Source of the DNA: Mobula hypostoma
Taxonomy: Eukaryota
Length of the DNA stretch: 64,000 nucleotides
Reading direction: 5' to 3'
Assembly (NCBI RefSeq): GCF_963921235.1
Contig: NC_086097.1
Coordinates: forward strand, 141,424,001-141,488,000
The position numbers and the translations under genes were made by a program. The notes beneath the pieces were generated by a model. The model worked only from the letters and a program-made list of their open reading frames with translations, had not been told where the DNA came from and did not search any database. Of this stretch, positions 23,831 through 37,110 are shown in pieces. The first letter of the stretch is position 1; the number at the start of each line of letters is the position of its first letter.

Positions 23831-24481
23831 GAGGAATGGCTACGGCATCTGTTAAGAGTGTACAAAGTGTCAGGAGGCACTTAAAAAGGAAAACTAAGAA
23901 AGCAAAGAGAGGTCACCAAATATCAATGGTGGACAGAACTAAGATAGACCTGAAGGTGTATTATGAGAATTAAGAATAAAAGAATAACCCAGGGAGAAAA
24001 TAGGGCTAATTTGGACAACAGGAGCAAATGGTATGTGGAGACAGAATGTATCGATCAGGTCCTGAATGAAATTTCCAATTGATACTCACAGAGGGAATGG
24101 GGAATTCAGTGAATGGGTAAGAGAAAGTTGAGTGCAGAAATCAATAAATAAAGAGGAGTTACCAATGCCTTGGAAGGCTTAAAGGTGGATAAATTCTCAG
24201 GACCAAAGTGTCAGAAAAAAGCTGGGGAAGAGATTGCTGGGACTCTGGCTGAGATTTTTAAATCCCCCTGGCCACAGATCAGGTACCAGATAACAGGAAG
24301 ACCTCAAATTGGTCCTCCTTTTCAAGAAAGGCAGCTGAGAAAAGCCTAGTATTTATAGATCTGTGATTCTAAGATCAACAGTTGGGACGTTATAAGAAAA
24401 TTTTCTGAGGAGCAAGAAATAATCACTTAGACAAGCAAAGACTAATCAAAGGAAGCCTGTATGGTTTTGTCAAGGGCAGAT

Positions 24482-24719
24482 TCTTCTTCTTCTTCTTCTT
24501 CTTCTTCTTCTTGTGTTGTTTTATGGCAGTTGGCAAACCAGCTTTTAGGTGCATTACCGCCACCTGCTAGACTGGAGTGTGGATCATTGGATAAACAGAA
24601 GGGAAAAGAATTGCATTCCCTAAATTCTATATAATAAACCTGAGTCTTTCAGATACTTCATGATACGGATCTGTATTTCTCTTGAATTCCCACTTAAAAT
24701 GTCTTCTATACCCACATCA
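24482..24719 (-). mobile_element. Nimb/I-type LINE 3' end with (GAA)n tail
   Basis: Shares GGTGCATTACCGCCACC...GGAGTGTG with the RNase H-bearing element at 62.6 kb. 13-bp TSD GTCAAGGGCAGAT (24469-24481, 24720-24732). Confidence 0.8.
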
Positions 24720-24788
24720 GTCAAGGGCAGATCCTGTCTCACCAACCTGACTACATTTTAGAAGAGGTAACAAAGTGTGTTAGTGAGG

Positions 24789-25297
24789 TAGTAGAAACTA
24801 GATAACTATTTTCAGTCCTTCGGAGCCATGTATCTATTTCCTGTCTGTATTGTATTTTGTGGTGCGTTTATTATGGTAATCTGTCACGTGGGTCGGGGCG
24901 AGGTAGAAACAATTAAGTGTAGTGATGTATTCACGCTTTGTCTTAGTTTAGTCGAGTGATGGAGACAAGTGAGCTGCAGGGGAATGATTTTTTTTTGTTG
25001 ACTGCTGATTACATCAACGAGATTGCTAGTTATGCTTAATATCACTTAGTTATATCGCTAATATTGCTATTAATAATATCACTAATTAGAACGCTTAGTT
25101 ACGCTAATTCGAACGCTAAGATTGCAATATCGCTAATTTAGTTTCGTTTTTTTTATCGCTATAAGATTGTTAGTCTTTGCTGGATTTGTAATAAAGGATC
25201 GAACATACCTTTCTCGGTTTGAAAGTGCGTCATAGAGTGTTGATTACCCTGGCTTAGTCTCTCCGTGGTTTTGGTTCGTTTTTAAGTAACCGCTATG
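24789..25297 (+). mobile_element. Probable solo LTR of about 510 bp
   Basis: Interrupts the CR1 between 4-bp GAGG direct repeats. Decayed terminal inverted ends, AATAAA at about 25190, internal CGCTAA repeats, and CpG-richer than its flanks. Confidence 0.5.
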
Positions 25298-26239
25298 GAG
25301 GTCAATACAGTATACGTGTTTTACATGAACTTCACTAAGGATTGTGACAAGGTACTACATCGGGGACTAGCTCAAAGGTGGGACCCATGGATAATTGGCA
25401 AATCAGATGCGAAATCGACTTGGCACATGGAGACAGAAGGTGATGTTTGTTTACTTGATTGAATGCATCTGACTGAATCGTATTCGGGGATTGGTGCTGG
25501 GACTATTGCAATAAATCCGAATGCTTGAATGTCTGCTGTGGGAGACATGATCAAGTATGCTGGTGGTATTGTTCTTGCACTATGATTCCATGACTCCTGG
25601 GTCACAATTATTCCAATCTCTTTAAATTTCACTTGTATTTAATTTTTCACAACTATTAGTGCATTTTGAACATCATTGAAATAATTAAGCCAATAATGAC
25701 ATATACTACAATTCCTTTCCTTCTCCCCACTGACAACACCCCCGCCCCGAACTACACCTACAATCAAACCTGGCTCAACTATCTATTTTTCCCCTTTTTC
25801 TACACATCAGCCTCTGTGCCCCCCCCCCAGCTCCATCTGCTCATCAACCCACCCCCCAAACCTTTCTTGGTTCTATCTGTCACCTACCAGCCCCTGCCTC
25901 ACCTCCCCTCTCCTCCAGCAACTTGTTTTCTTTTTGCTCCAGATTCCAGGATTTGGATTTTTTTTTTGTTGGCGAACTACAATAGTGCTGTGCCACAGAT
26001 ATCACTACTGGAGCCTCCACTATTTGCAATTCCTATTAATTCTTATTAATCATTTAAATGAATAGACTTTGAGTGAATGCTCTACAGAGATATCTGGGCA
26101 ACCTCCAACATAAAACACAGTTAACAAATAGATTCAACTAGTAATTGGTCTTCATTGCAAATAGGATAGAATATAAAAGTAGGAAGCTCTTGCTACAACT
26201 GTGGTTTGGTATGGATATCAGGGAGATCACATTGTATTA

Positions 26240-27680
26240 CTACATACAATTAGTTGCCTCTCGGGTACCTCCTGGCCACTGAGTGTACGTTTGTGACTGT
26301 CTGCTGTTGTAGCCCATCGGCTTCAATGTTCAATATGTTGTGTGTTCGGAGCTGCTCTTCTGCACACCACTGTTGTAGCATGTAGTTATTTGAGTTACCT
26401 TCCTGTCAGTTTGAACCAGTCTGGCCATTCTCCTCTGACCTCTCTCATTCACAAGGCTTTTACACCCACGGAACTGCCACTTACTGGATGTTTTTGTTTT
26501 TTTGCACCATTCTCTGTAAACTCTAGAGACTGTTGTGTGTGGAAAATCCTTGGAAATCAGCAGATTCTGAGATACTCAGTTCACCCTATCTGGCACCAAC
26601 AATCATCCATGGTCAAAGTCACTTGGGTCACATTTCTTCCCCATTCTGATATTTGGTCTGAACAACAGCTGAACCTCATGGTGATGTCTGCACTACTCTC
26701 TCTATACCCATGACTGTGTGGCTAGGCATAGCTCAAATACCATCCATGTATTTGCTGATGATACAACTACTGTTGGTAGAATCTCAGATGGAGATGAGAG
26801 GGCATACAGGAGCAAGATATATAAACTAGTGGAGTGGTGTCACAGCAACAACCTTGCACTCAATGTCACTAAGACGAAAGAGGTGATTGTGGACTTCAGG
26901 AAGGGTAAGTCGAAGGAACACATACCAATCCTCATAGAGGGATCAGAAGTGGAGAGAGTGAGCAGCTTCAAGTTCCTGTTTGTCAAGATCCCTGGTCCCA
27001 ACATATCAATGCAGCTATAAAGAAGGCAAGACAGTGATAATACTTCATTAGGAGATTGAAGAGATTTGGTATGTCAACAAAAACTCTCAAAACCTTCTAT
27101 CGATGTACAGTGGAAAGCATTCTGACGGGCTGCATCACTGTCTGGTATGGAGGGGTACTACACAGGACCAAAAGAAGCTGCAGAGGGTTGTAAATTTAGT
27201 CAGCTCCATGTTGGGTACTAGCCTACAAAGTACCCAGGACATCTTCAGGGAGCAGTGTCTCAGAAAGGCAGTGTCCATTACTAAGGACCTCCAGCACCCA
27301 GGGCATACCCTTTTCTCACTGTTACCATCAGGTAGGAGGTACAGAAGCCTGAAGGCACACACTCAGTGATTCAGGAACAGCTTCTTCCCCTCTGCCATCC
27401 AATTCTTAAATGGACATTGAACCCTTGGACACCACCTCACTTTTTAAATATATATTATTTCTGTTTTTGCACAATTTTTAATTTATTTAATATACATATA
27501 CAGTAATTTATTTATTTATTTCTTCGTCTGTATTATGTATTGCATTGAACTGCTGCTGCTAAGTTAACAAATTTCATGACACATGCCGGTGATTATAAAC
27601 CTGATTCTGATATACTGTAAGTGTTAACGAGCAGGGGTACAAGTGTATCTAATAAGTCTCATATGTAGCTGAGTGAATAG
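26240..27680 (-). mobile_element. Tc1-family non-autonomous/5' fragment interrupted by a Rex1-type LINE
   Basis: 26240-26690 resembles a widespread fish/amphibian Tc1 family, recognised by recall (CAGTCTGGCCATTCTCCTCTGACCTCT...TCAAAGTCACTT). A terminal remnant is at about 27620-27680. Confidence 0.6.
26690..27612 (+). mobile_element. Rex1/Babar-type LINE 3' fragment
   Basis: VFADDTTTVGRISDGDE...LNVTKTKEVIVDFRKG. Close relative of 12040-12950 with a complete tail ending CTGATTCTGAT. Confidence 0.88.
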
Positions 27681-29115
27681 TATTGAGACTGCAGGTGCTA
27701 GCCCTGATGCAGGGTTTTGCCCAAAACATTAACAAAAACTGTCCTCCCACAGATGCTCCTCAACCCGCTGAGTTTTTGCAGCAGATTTTTTGCTGATATA
27801 GCTTTGGTCTCCTTTATTTAGAGAGGGATATACTTGCAGAGAAGGAGGATAGATGCCTAGGTTTAAAAGGTTGTTTTGGATAAGTAACAGGTTAGGCCTA
27901 TGCTCACTGTATTTTGGAAGAATTGCATGATCTAATGGATATAGTTAAGATTCTAGGGGCTTAACATGGTCTATGCTAAGAAGATTTTTTCCTTCAGAGG
28001 AGAATTATGAACTAAAAGGAATAGTTTCAGAATAAGTGGTAACTCATTTCATATGGCGATGAGGAGGAATTACTTCCGTCAAGCAACAGAGACACAACTA
28101 AAAAAACGAAGAAACACCATATCTGGGCCCCGGAGGGTACCCGTGGTCATACTATAGATCTGTAGAAAATGAGAGAAGTCAAATGAGAAGTAGTTCAAGG
28201 TGAGAACAAGTTCAGCCAGGTGGATGAGCGTGTTGGTGGAGGAGAAGCGGTAGATTTTTGTTGAAGAAAGAAATGGAGGGCTTTAAATTCTACTTGATGG
28301 GGGATGGTGGTGCATAAAGAGTGGACATTGACAGTAAAGAGGAGCAAGTGGGGGTCAGGTCAAAGAATCACACACACCTCCTCCAATCTCATCTGCTGCA
28401 TTTGGTGCTCTGGATGTGGCCTCTACATTGGGGAGACCAAGCGTGAGTGTTAAAGATCTACAGACAATTAGAACAGAAAAAATAAAGTGGAGGGATGACT
28501 AACAGATTTATGATGTTTTAAAATTTATTTTAACCAGTTATGGTTGAAATTTTCATCAGCTTTTATGACATTTTTATTTGATTTTGGAATCCCTGGTCAT
28601 CCTTTCTGGGGATCAGTGACTCCAAAAATCATTACTTATATAACCTGTGATTATATCATTATTTACTATATAACTTGTCAATACAGTGATGAAGAATTAT
28701 GAATGAGGGAAGAATTGACAGCAGTGCTTGTGACCATGACCATTTCATGCCCATTTTAATGGTGAATGGAGGAAAACAGTCACATTAACAGATGGTTCAA
28801 GGCCCAGTACCCAGATTTAAAATTTTATTCATAGGTTGCAGGGGAAAGTGGGGAAAAACTTTACATAGATTAGATTAGATTAAGTATTAAGTAGTGGAAG
28901 TATTTATGATATGGAATTCAACGTCTGCAGGGGCTCTGGAAATGGAGTTCACCAGGAATTGCAAAAAGAAACTGGACAGACAACTGAGGGAAAATAATTG
29001 TGGGGTAATGGGAGAAAACTGGCAGAATGAGAATGGTGAGATATTCTACAAGGAGCTGACACAGGCTCCCTGCTCTGAATTACCTCCTTGTATTCTGTAA
29101 CAGTTTAGTGAACAG

Positions 29116-29355
29116 CTTGGTCGCAGAGTAATGAGCACATCGCTTTTCAGCTCTGGTGCCCAGGTTCAATCCCACCGCTGTCTGTAAGGAGTTTGTACGT
29201 TCTCCCTGTGACCGGCATGGCCTTCCTCCAGGTGCTTGGGTTTCCTCCCACATTCCAAAGACATACAGGTTAGTTGGTCACGCGTGAGTAATCGGGCAGC
29301 ACAGGGTTGCTGGACTGTACCGTGCTGTATCTCTAAATAAAGTAAAAAATAAAAC
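29116..29355 (+). mobile_element. tRNA-derived V-SINE (HE1-like)
   Basis: GGTTCAATCCC B box, V-domain GGAGTTTGTACGTTCTCCC...GGTTTCCTCCCACA and an A-rich tail. Confidence 0.75.
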
Positions 29356-31962
29356 AGTTCTCTCATTCCACCCACATCTTCATTAAAATGACATTCAGCC
29401 TCTAAGTTTCCCCAGCATTTATAAATTCAATTGACAATCTGTCAAAATGCATTACTAAATGCAAAAGCTATTTTCAAATTCTTACAAACCTAGACTCTGG
29501 TTACGGTGGTGCAGGTGCACTAGGCACTAGCTGTAATGTCTTTATCAATGTGGAATTGTATGTTGTTGATCAAGCATCACAACCCATTAGACAGTGGTCA
29601 GGTAACATGTTCCAGTAAAAATATCAAAACCCCATGTTATGAAGATGAAATAATTAAGTTTAGTACATCTGCAGTGCCAGTCAAAGTTTGCATTTTCTGT
29701 GAAGTGGTAACCAGGACGACATGTTACACATTCAGAGTAAATCACATCACTTAACTTACTAACAGGTAACTAATATATCGTAATTTTAGTTCCTATCCCT
29801 CCTTTTCAAGATCTTTTCTCAGCATAGAGCTGTTCAAGCATTCAGATTTCTGAGTTCTCTACTTCATGGTCAGTCTAGGCTCAATGTGAATCCTCTGTTA
29901 ATTACTATGTGTAAGTTTCTTTCTTATAAATGTGTTTAGAAGTGCAAATTGTTTTACAGGCTATTGCATTGAAGAACAGAGAAAGATTTTGTGTTTTTTC
30001 CATTTTTTTTCCTTTGGAAATTGTTTAGTTCCATTGTTTTTTCCTCTTCATTTTAATGCCATTTTGGCTGAGATTAAAATGGCTACAAGATTAACCACAG
30101 TAATTAGACTTCTCTGCCCCATACTCAGCTGAATACATGATGACTGGATTTTATATATTCTCTTTTATTTTTACAAAATGAATAATATTCCAGTTGTCCT
30201 TTTATTATAAAAGGACAAGTATCAACCAAAGGCCATACTGCGTTGTTCAAAGGAAGTTTTCACCCCTTTATCAAATTGTGAATCCTTGCAGAAAAACAAT
30301 TCAAACAATTCCCATTCATCTGGGTGAGGAAGCCGGGCTGCTCTTCAGAGATTCCCAACTTGAGGATCTACCAAGTATTAGTAAATTTGATACGCCTGTT
30401 CCCTAGTGCTTTAAGTAGCTACTCGTCATGGAGCAATGATGAATAATAGCAATGGAACTGATTAGCTTAATCCTTTGACTTTACCTGCCCTGAAATATGG
30501 GATTTAAAAAAAGGATACTTAGAAGTTAGTAGGAGAAATAGTCCTTCTTTTCTGCAGTCTAGCAGAACAGGTAACTGATCCCCTTGCTTTTTATTTTCCT
30601 TATCTTCTCTCAATTCTTCTTCCCCATCCCAGTGTTAGTACTTTTTCAACATCTCTCCCCACCCCTTCATTTGAACATTGCCTGTCCACTTTCCCTTTCT
30701 GTTTATGTTTCTCATCACTAGTCCAGATCCTTAAGAAACATTTCACAATCAGCACCAAGGAACACAGGTACTGGCAGATGGTTTGCATTACAAGATATTT
30801 CTCCTACTAAAACCATAGTACTGTCGTAATACACTTTTGAGATGTTATACAGTAGTATATTAAATTTTCTAATGAGCTGGTAACTTTAAAGGGAGCACAA
30901 CCTCATGAGTTTACAGATGATGTAGGAAGGCCTGTGGTGAATTAAACGAAATGTTTGAATTGAGCTCCAATAAGTTTTAAAAAGCACTGGATGTTAGGGG
31001 CCCAGTAAACTTAAATGTAACACAGGAAAAAGAACCTGTTAGCCAGATGCCAAACCATTGGCTTTTCCAAACATTCTGAAAGTGAATTTTCATTGAAATG
31101 TATCAAGTTTTTTATTCAGACATAACTTGTCTACAGATGCTCTCTTTCTTTCAATACTGCTAGAAACACCTGTCTGATAACCACATGATAGGTTTGGGCA
31201 AAGATAGACAAAATAGATGAATTCAAGTTGAACTGAGAATGACTGCCTTGAAATCAAGGAGTATAACTGACATCAAGGGCAAGCAGGGACAAAGTTCTCT
31301 ACTAGAAAGTCATATAAGCAGAGAGGGGGAAAAAAGGTTTTGTTTGTTAAAGTCAAGTTTACCATCCCCAGGATATCCTTATGATACGCCAAAGCTAAAT
31401 CATATTTGTTGTTTCAATAGTTCATTTTCGCGATAAGCGTCAATTTTTCCAGCTGACCTCAGTGTTAAGTTCCATTGCTATCTCCTCAGACACAGCAAAA
31501 CTTGGAAAACGTTCAAGCTCGAGTTTACCTACTGGCAACATTCATGCCACAGGAGTACCAATTAATGACAATCTGGAGATTATATAGTCAATAACTCACC
31601 TCCTAACTTGATAAAGTCATTCTGCTGTTTAGAAGTCACAGATCAATATTGCTGAATACTGTCCACTTGGCTAGTTGAGTGCAATGCCAAGATCACAAAA
31701 GGAGCTCAGTATCATCCAGAAATAAGAACATGCATCCACCTGGATCAGAGATCCATGCTAGTCTGGAAGTTGAGGCCCAAAGCATTCCAAGGCAAGCAAT
31801 CCCAGAGGTTGAGTCAGTCAAGGCCTGAAGGTCAAACCCAGAAATGATGAGCCCTGGGGTTGAGGCCTGAAGGTTAAACCTGTCATCAGTGAGTCCTTGG
31901 ATCGATATCCAGAGGTTGCTGAAGTCTGGAGGGCAAAGCTGAAGGTTGAAGTCCAGGGCTCA

Positions 31963-32130
31963 ATGAGTCTAGAGGTAGAAAGCCCAAAAGGTCAAAGAGC
32001 GAAGTTGATGAGTCCAGGGGTAGAAAGCCCAAAAGGTCAAAGAGCAAAGTTGATGAGTCCAGGGGTAAAAAGCCCAAAAGGTCAAAGAGTGAAGTTGATG
32101 AGTCCATCCAGAGGTAGAAGTCCAAAAGTT
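31963..32130 (+). repeat. 45-bp tandem repeat, about 3.6 copies
   Basis: Unit GAGTCCAGGGGTAGAAAGCCCAAAAGGTCAAAGAGCAAAGTTGAT; appears as a 15-aa periodicity in the ORF track. Confidence 0.9.
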
Positions 32131-33213
32131 GAGTCTGCAAATCTGGACCAGGGACTGGAAGTTGGAGGCTGGAGTCTGTGCATCTGAGATTCTTAGGTCA
32201 AGGACTGGAGGCCCAGAGGCGGCCTGTCTTGGGGTTGGAGGCCAGTGTGTGTGTGTGGGGGGTGGGGGGGAGGAGCTAATTTTGCTATTGTTGTCTTATT
32301 TTGTTCTGCTGAACATTGTGATATACTATGTTAGTGCTGCAATGTGTGGCGACATTTACAGGCTGCCTCCTGCACATCCTTGGGTGTGTTGGTGTTAACA
32401 TAACTGACTCATTTCACCTTATGTTTCAACGTACATGATTAATAAATCTGAATATGAATCTAAATCTTCTCCTAGCTGTGCAAGTTTCCATTAAATGTAT
32501 TAATTTCACTTAAGCCTCAAGAATTATACTCAATGTTTCCCTGTTAAGCAGTGGCTTGCCAGCCTGATTCAGTAATTGCGAAGTAAATTTTTTAAAAATG
32601 CCGGAAATATTCAGTGAGTCTGGCAGCATCTATGAAGAAGGAAATAAATTTGGCATTTAAGGTTGATGGCATTTAATCGGAACTTGGAAAATTTGGAAGG
32701 GCAACATTTTAAAAGTATCAGTGGAATATCTGTAGTACGGAAGAGAATAAGAGAAGATGGATGACATGGATAGATGTCAAATGAGAGAAGGCAGTAAAAG
32801 GTTGTTAATGGAAGTTAACATTGCTGGAAGAAAATCTAAAGAGAGACTGAAAGCAGTGAAAAGAAAGAATGAAACAGAAACAATTTTGTGAGCTACAGAA
32901 CATAATAATTGTTAGTAATCTGAAATAAGGGTGAAAGGTGAGAAAGCACAACAGTTCAGATAGCACATATTGCAGTGGGAAAAAGAGTAAATTTTACAGG
33001 TTGACTTTTTCGAACATCCTTCTTCATTTCAGATTTTCAGTCACTGTTGTGATCTATATCACAGTTTGTTAGTTTGCTGGTTTGGGTTCTTGCTTATTTC
33101 CTGTTCTGATATATCACCTTCAACATACTTTCTCCAAATAAATAATTAAAGTCAAAAATATGAGCACTAGTAAGCCATTTAGCCCTTTGACCCTGCTCTG
33201 TCATTTAATAGGT

Positions 33214-34590
33214 CATAGAAACATAGAAAATAGGTGCAGGAGTAGGCCATTCAGCCCTTTGAGCCTGCACCGCCATTTATTATGATCATGGCTGATCATC
33301 CAACTCAGAACCCCGCCCCAGCCTTCCCTCCATACCCCCTGACCCCTGTAGCCACAAGGGCCATATCTAACTCCCTCTTAAACATAGCCAATGAACTGGC
33401 CTCAACAGTTTGCTGTGGCAGAGAATTCCACAGATTCACCACTCTCTGTGTGAAGAAGCTTTTCCTAATCTCGGTCCTAAAAGGCTTCCCCTCTATCCTC
33501 AAACTGTGACCCCTCGTTCTGAACTTCCCCAACATCGGGAACAATCTTCCTGCATCTAGCCTGTCCAATCCCTTTAGGATCTTATACGTTTCAATCAGAT
33601 CCCCCCTCAATCTTCTAAATTCCAACGAGTACAAGCCCAGTTCATCCAGTCTTTCTTCATATGAAAGTCCTGCCATCCCAGGAATCAATCTGGTGAACCT
33701 TCTTTGTACTCCCTCTATGGCAAAGATGTCTTTCCTCAGATTAGGGGACCAAAACTGCACACAATACTCCAGGTGTGGTCTCACCAAGGCCTTGTACAAC
33801 TGCAGTAGTACCTCCCTACTCCTGTACTCGAATCCTCTCTCTATAAATGCCAGCATACCATTCACCTTTTTCACCGCCTGCTGTACCTGCATGCCCACTT
33901 TCAATGACTGGTGTATAATGACACCCAGGTCTCGTTGCACCTCCCCTTTTCCTAATCGGCCACCATTCAGATAATAATCTGTTTTCCTATTTTTGCCACC
34001 AAAGTGGATAACTTCACATTTATCCACATTAAATTGCATCTGCCATAAGTTTGCCCACTCACCCAACCTATCCAAGTCACCCTGCATCCTCTTAGCATCC
34101 TCCTCACTGCTAACACTGCCGCCCAGCTTCGTGTCATCCGCAAACTTGGAGATGCTGCATTTAATTCCCTCATCCAAGTCATTAATATATATTGTAAACA
34201 ACTGGGGTCCCAGCACTGAGCCTTGTGGTACCCCACTAGTCACCGCCTGCCATTCTGAAAAGGTCCCGTTTATTCCCACTCTTTGCTTCCTGTCTGCTAA
34301 CCAATTCTCCACCCACACCAATACCTTACCCCCAATACCGTGTGCTTTAAGTTTGCACACTAATCTCCTGTGTGGGACCTTGTCAAAAGCCTTTTGAAAA
34401 TCCAAATATACCACATCCACTGGCTCTCCCCTATCCACTCTACTAGTTACATCCCCAAAAAATTCTATGAGATTCGTCAGACATGATTTTCCTTTCACAA
34501 ATCCATGCTGACTTTGTCCGATCATTTCTCCGCTTTCCAAATGTGCTGCTATCACATCCTTGACAACTGACTCCAGCAGTTTCCCCACCA
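33214..34590 (-). mobile_element. Young 5'-truncated CR1 LINE with an uninterrupted RT reading frame
   Basis: ORF 33305-34615 contains QHGFVKGKSCLTNL, YLDFQKAFDKV, GVPQGSVLGP, KFADDTKL and RPHLEYCVQFWSP. (TTTCTATG)n tail at the left end; inserted into an older CR1 tail. Confidence 0.95.
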
Positions 34591-35308
34591 CATGATACAT
34601 GATCAATATTCCCACTTTATCCCCTTATTCCTTGATGCTTTTTGCCTAGAGGTGGAAATAGGCAAAAAACAAAAACAGTACACAGTTTCATCAAAGGAAC
34701 TATGATTCTGCAGAAGAAATAATAAAGAGAAAATTTGAATTAGTTTGTAAATTCTGTGGAGTTATTTCAGAGCACTAATGTGCATAAAATTTAAAATTCC
34801 AGTTTGAGCTCCTACAGCAATTCAGATACCAGGTTCACACTGACCCACACATATTAATCCCATCTCTCAGCGGGTGATCCATAGCCTTCTTTACCAAGGC
34901 AATTCAAGTGTTCATTTAGATAAACTTCATCTAAAACACCACTTCCACCCCTCTCTCAGACGATGCAATCCCGGTATTCTGTGGGTGAAAAAAAATCCAG
35001 CTCAAATCCCATTTAATTCTCTTACCCTTTATCTTACATCTGCCATCTAGTTTTAGCTACCTCCAATATGGAGAAAAGTATCCATCTATACCCTTCATAA
35101 TCTTATGTGTCTCAGTCATGTTCCTTCTTAACCTCCTCCACTCCAACTGAAATGCTCCATCCCAAGCAACATTCTGGTAAATCTCTTCTGCAGGCTGCCC
35201 ATCATATTTTTCCAGAAATGCAGCTGAAGTCCGATTTTTTTATTAGTTCAGTATATAACTTTCCAGCTCCTGTATTTATTGCCCTGGCTATTGAAAGCCA
35301 GTATCCTA

Positions 35309-35530
35309 TGTGGGCACGTGGCCAAGTGATTAAGACATTTGTCTAGTGATCTGAAGGTTGCTAGTTCGAGCCTCAGCTGTGGCAGCGTGTTTGTGTCCTT
35401 GAGCAAGGCACTTAACCACACATTGCTCTAGTGTCTGTGCAAGGAGTGGCTCCCCACACAGACTTCCAATCTGTGCCTTGTAAGGCATGAAAATGCCCGA
35501 CACAGGCCTCTCATGGTCTGAATCAACATT
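35309..35530 (+). mobile_element. tRNA/CORE-like SINE, same head as 19314-19621 but a different 3' part
   Basis: First about 120 bp align with 19314-19432; sequences diverge after CACATTGCTC. Confidence 0.75.
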
Positions 35531-36485
35531 CCCATCCTATAGATCTGCTTAACCAAGCTTCCATTGCACTGCCATCTTCAAGAGTCTTTGGACTTGTACA
35601 CCAAGGTCTCTCCATTCTTCAATAAACCCCAGTGCCCTGCTTTATGTCCCAGACTCATTTGTACTTTATTTGTGAATTTCGCCGAGATTTTATCATGTAT
35701 TATAAGATTTACAATATCAGATTCAGAGGGTGCTTTATAGATCGGATGCTGAAAGTATGTGCAGTTTATGAGCTAAAATTTCAGAACTAGCAACTTAAGG
35801 TGAAAATAAAGAGGGATTTCTTGCTAGACGCAAGAGTTATTAAATGTAGTCATGGCCAAATTCTGGCAAATATTTGATCAAGAGAATATTGGGAGAAAAA
35901 GTGGTTTTGAGGCTTTACATGGACAAACTGTGAAATGAAAGTTTTCAATAACTGAAATCAATTAATTTTGCCAACACTGATGAAAGTCAACCCTCTACAG
36001 AACCAGAAATAAAAACTGTAAAAATCTTTACAAAAACACCCTTAGTTTACTCCTCAATGATAACCTTTAGATTTACTATTTGAAGAACATGTTGACGTTA
36101 GTCATTAACTCTCCTGTTAGAGAGACTCAGGAGATAGGGATGGCAGGCAGGAGGACAGTGGTTGGAAGGGATGATGGTTAAGGAGTTACTCATTTTTGTG
36201 CCACTTGATGGAGAGCCTGATAAATTGGCTGGTTTCGTACCACTCTAATTTACTATTCCAATTCCCAGTTTGCTGTGATTTCAACTTCACAGCATTCTGG
36301 ATGAGGAGTCCAAAATTGCTGTGTCCATAGAAAAGTCTGAGGATTTCTTTGTGGGTCTTTGATCTGTGGTTTCAAACAGATGCATACTAGTTCTGCTTGT
36401 GCCATACCAGTTAATTTCTATAGAATGCAATACCAACTTGGCGCAACCTCTAACCCCCTTCACCTTCACAACCCACTCCCACCAC

Positions 36486-37110
36486 CATCATCATCATCAT
36501 CAGGTGCCATGCCCAGTTTGAGCTTTGACTGCCATGGCCCACACACTCCTGTTTCAGGTCAAGTGGATCAATTCATTGGTATTCATTTCCAGTTCTCTAG
36601 CTGCTGTCTCCATCATCATTTGTCTTTGTCTTCCTCTTGCTTTCTTCCCTTCAATCTTTCCCATAATTACCATGCATTCTAACTCCTCTTTCCAGATCAC
36701 ATGTCCAATGAAGTTATCTTGCCTTTTCATGATCTCATACATTATTTCTCTTTTTGTGTTTGCTCTGTTCATGCATCCTCGTTAGATATTCATTTTGTCC
36801 ATGATATTCTTTGTATCCTCCTCAAAAACCACATCTCTGCTGCTTCAATTTGTTTCCTCATGTTACTAGATATTGTCCAACATTCTGAGCCATATAACAT
36901 AACTGGATAAACGTAACAATTCAGTACTCTGAGGCGGGTTGCCATGCCTAGTTTAGTATTGGTCAGTATACCCTTCATTCTCATAAAGGTGTCTTTTGCC
37001 ATCCCTATTCTTCTTTTAATGTCCAAGTTGTGCCTGCCATCTGATGTCACCCAGCTTCCTAAGTAGCAAAAGTTCTGTACTTGTTTTATGTCTTCCCCAT
37101 TTGTTCCCAC
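36486..37110 (-). mobile_element. RTE-clade LINE 3' fragment
   Basis: VQNFCYLGS...IKRRIGMAK...VMLYGSECW...EMWFLRR and FIGHVI...GKIEGKKARGRQR; (ATG)n tail. Confidence 0.85.

Larger units (their letters stand above)
23850..25580 (+). mobile_element. Decayed CR1 LINE hosting two nested insertions (24482-24719 and 24789-25297)
   Basis: CR1-like GFVKGRSCLTNL...EEVTK motifs continue across both insertions. Confidence 0.7.

Noticed and set aside
31886..32187. ORFs with a 15-aa repeat; superficially array-like
   Set aside because: A by-product of a 45-bp minisatellite. There are no unique spacers, so it is not CRISPR-like, and there is no evidence of a gene.
33305..34615. 436-aa RT ORF as a functional gene
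   Set aside because: A 5'-truncated CR1 copy with no endonuclease or promoter; the start codon comes from the flank.
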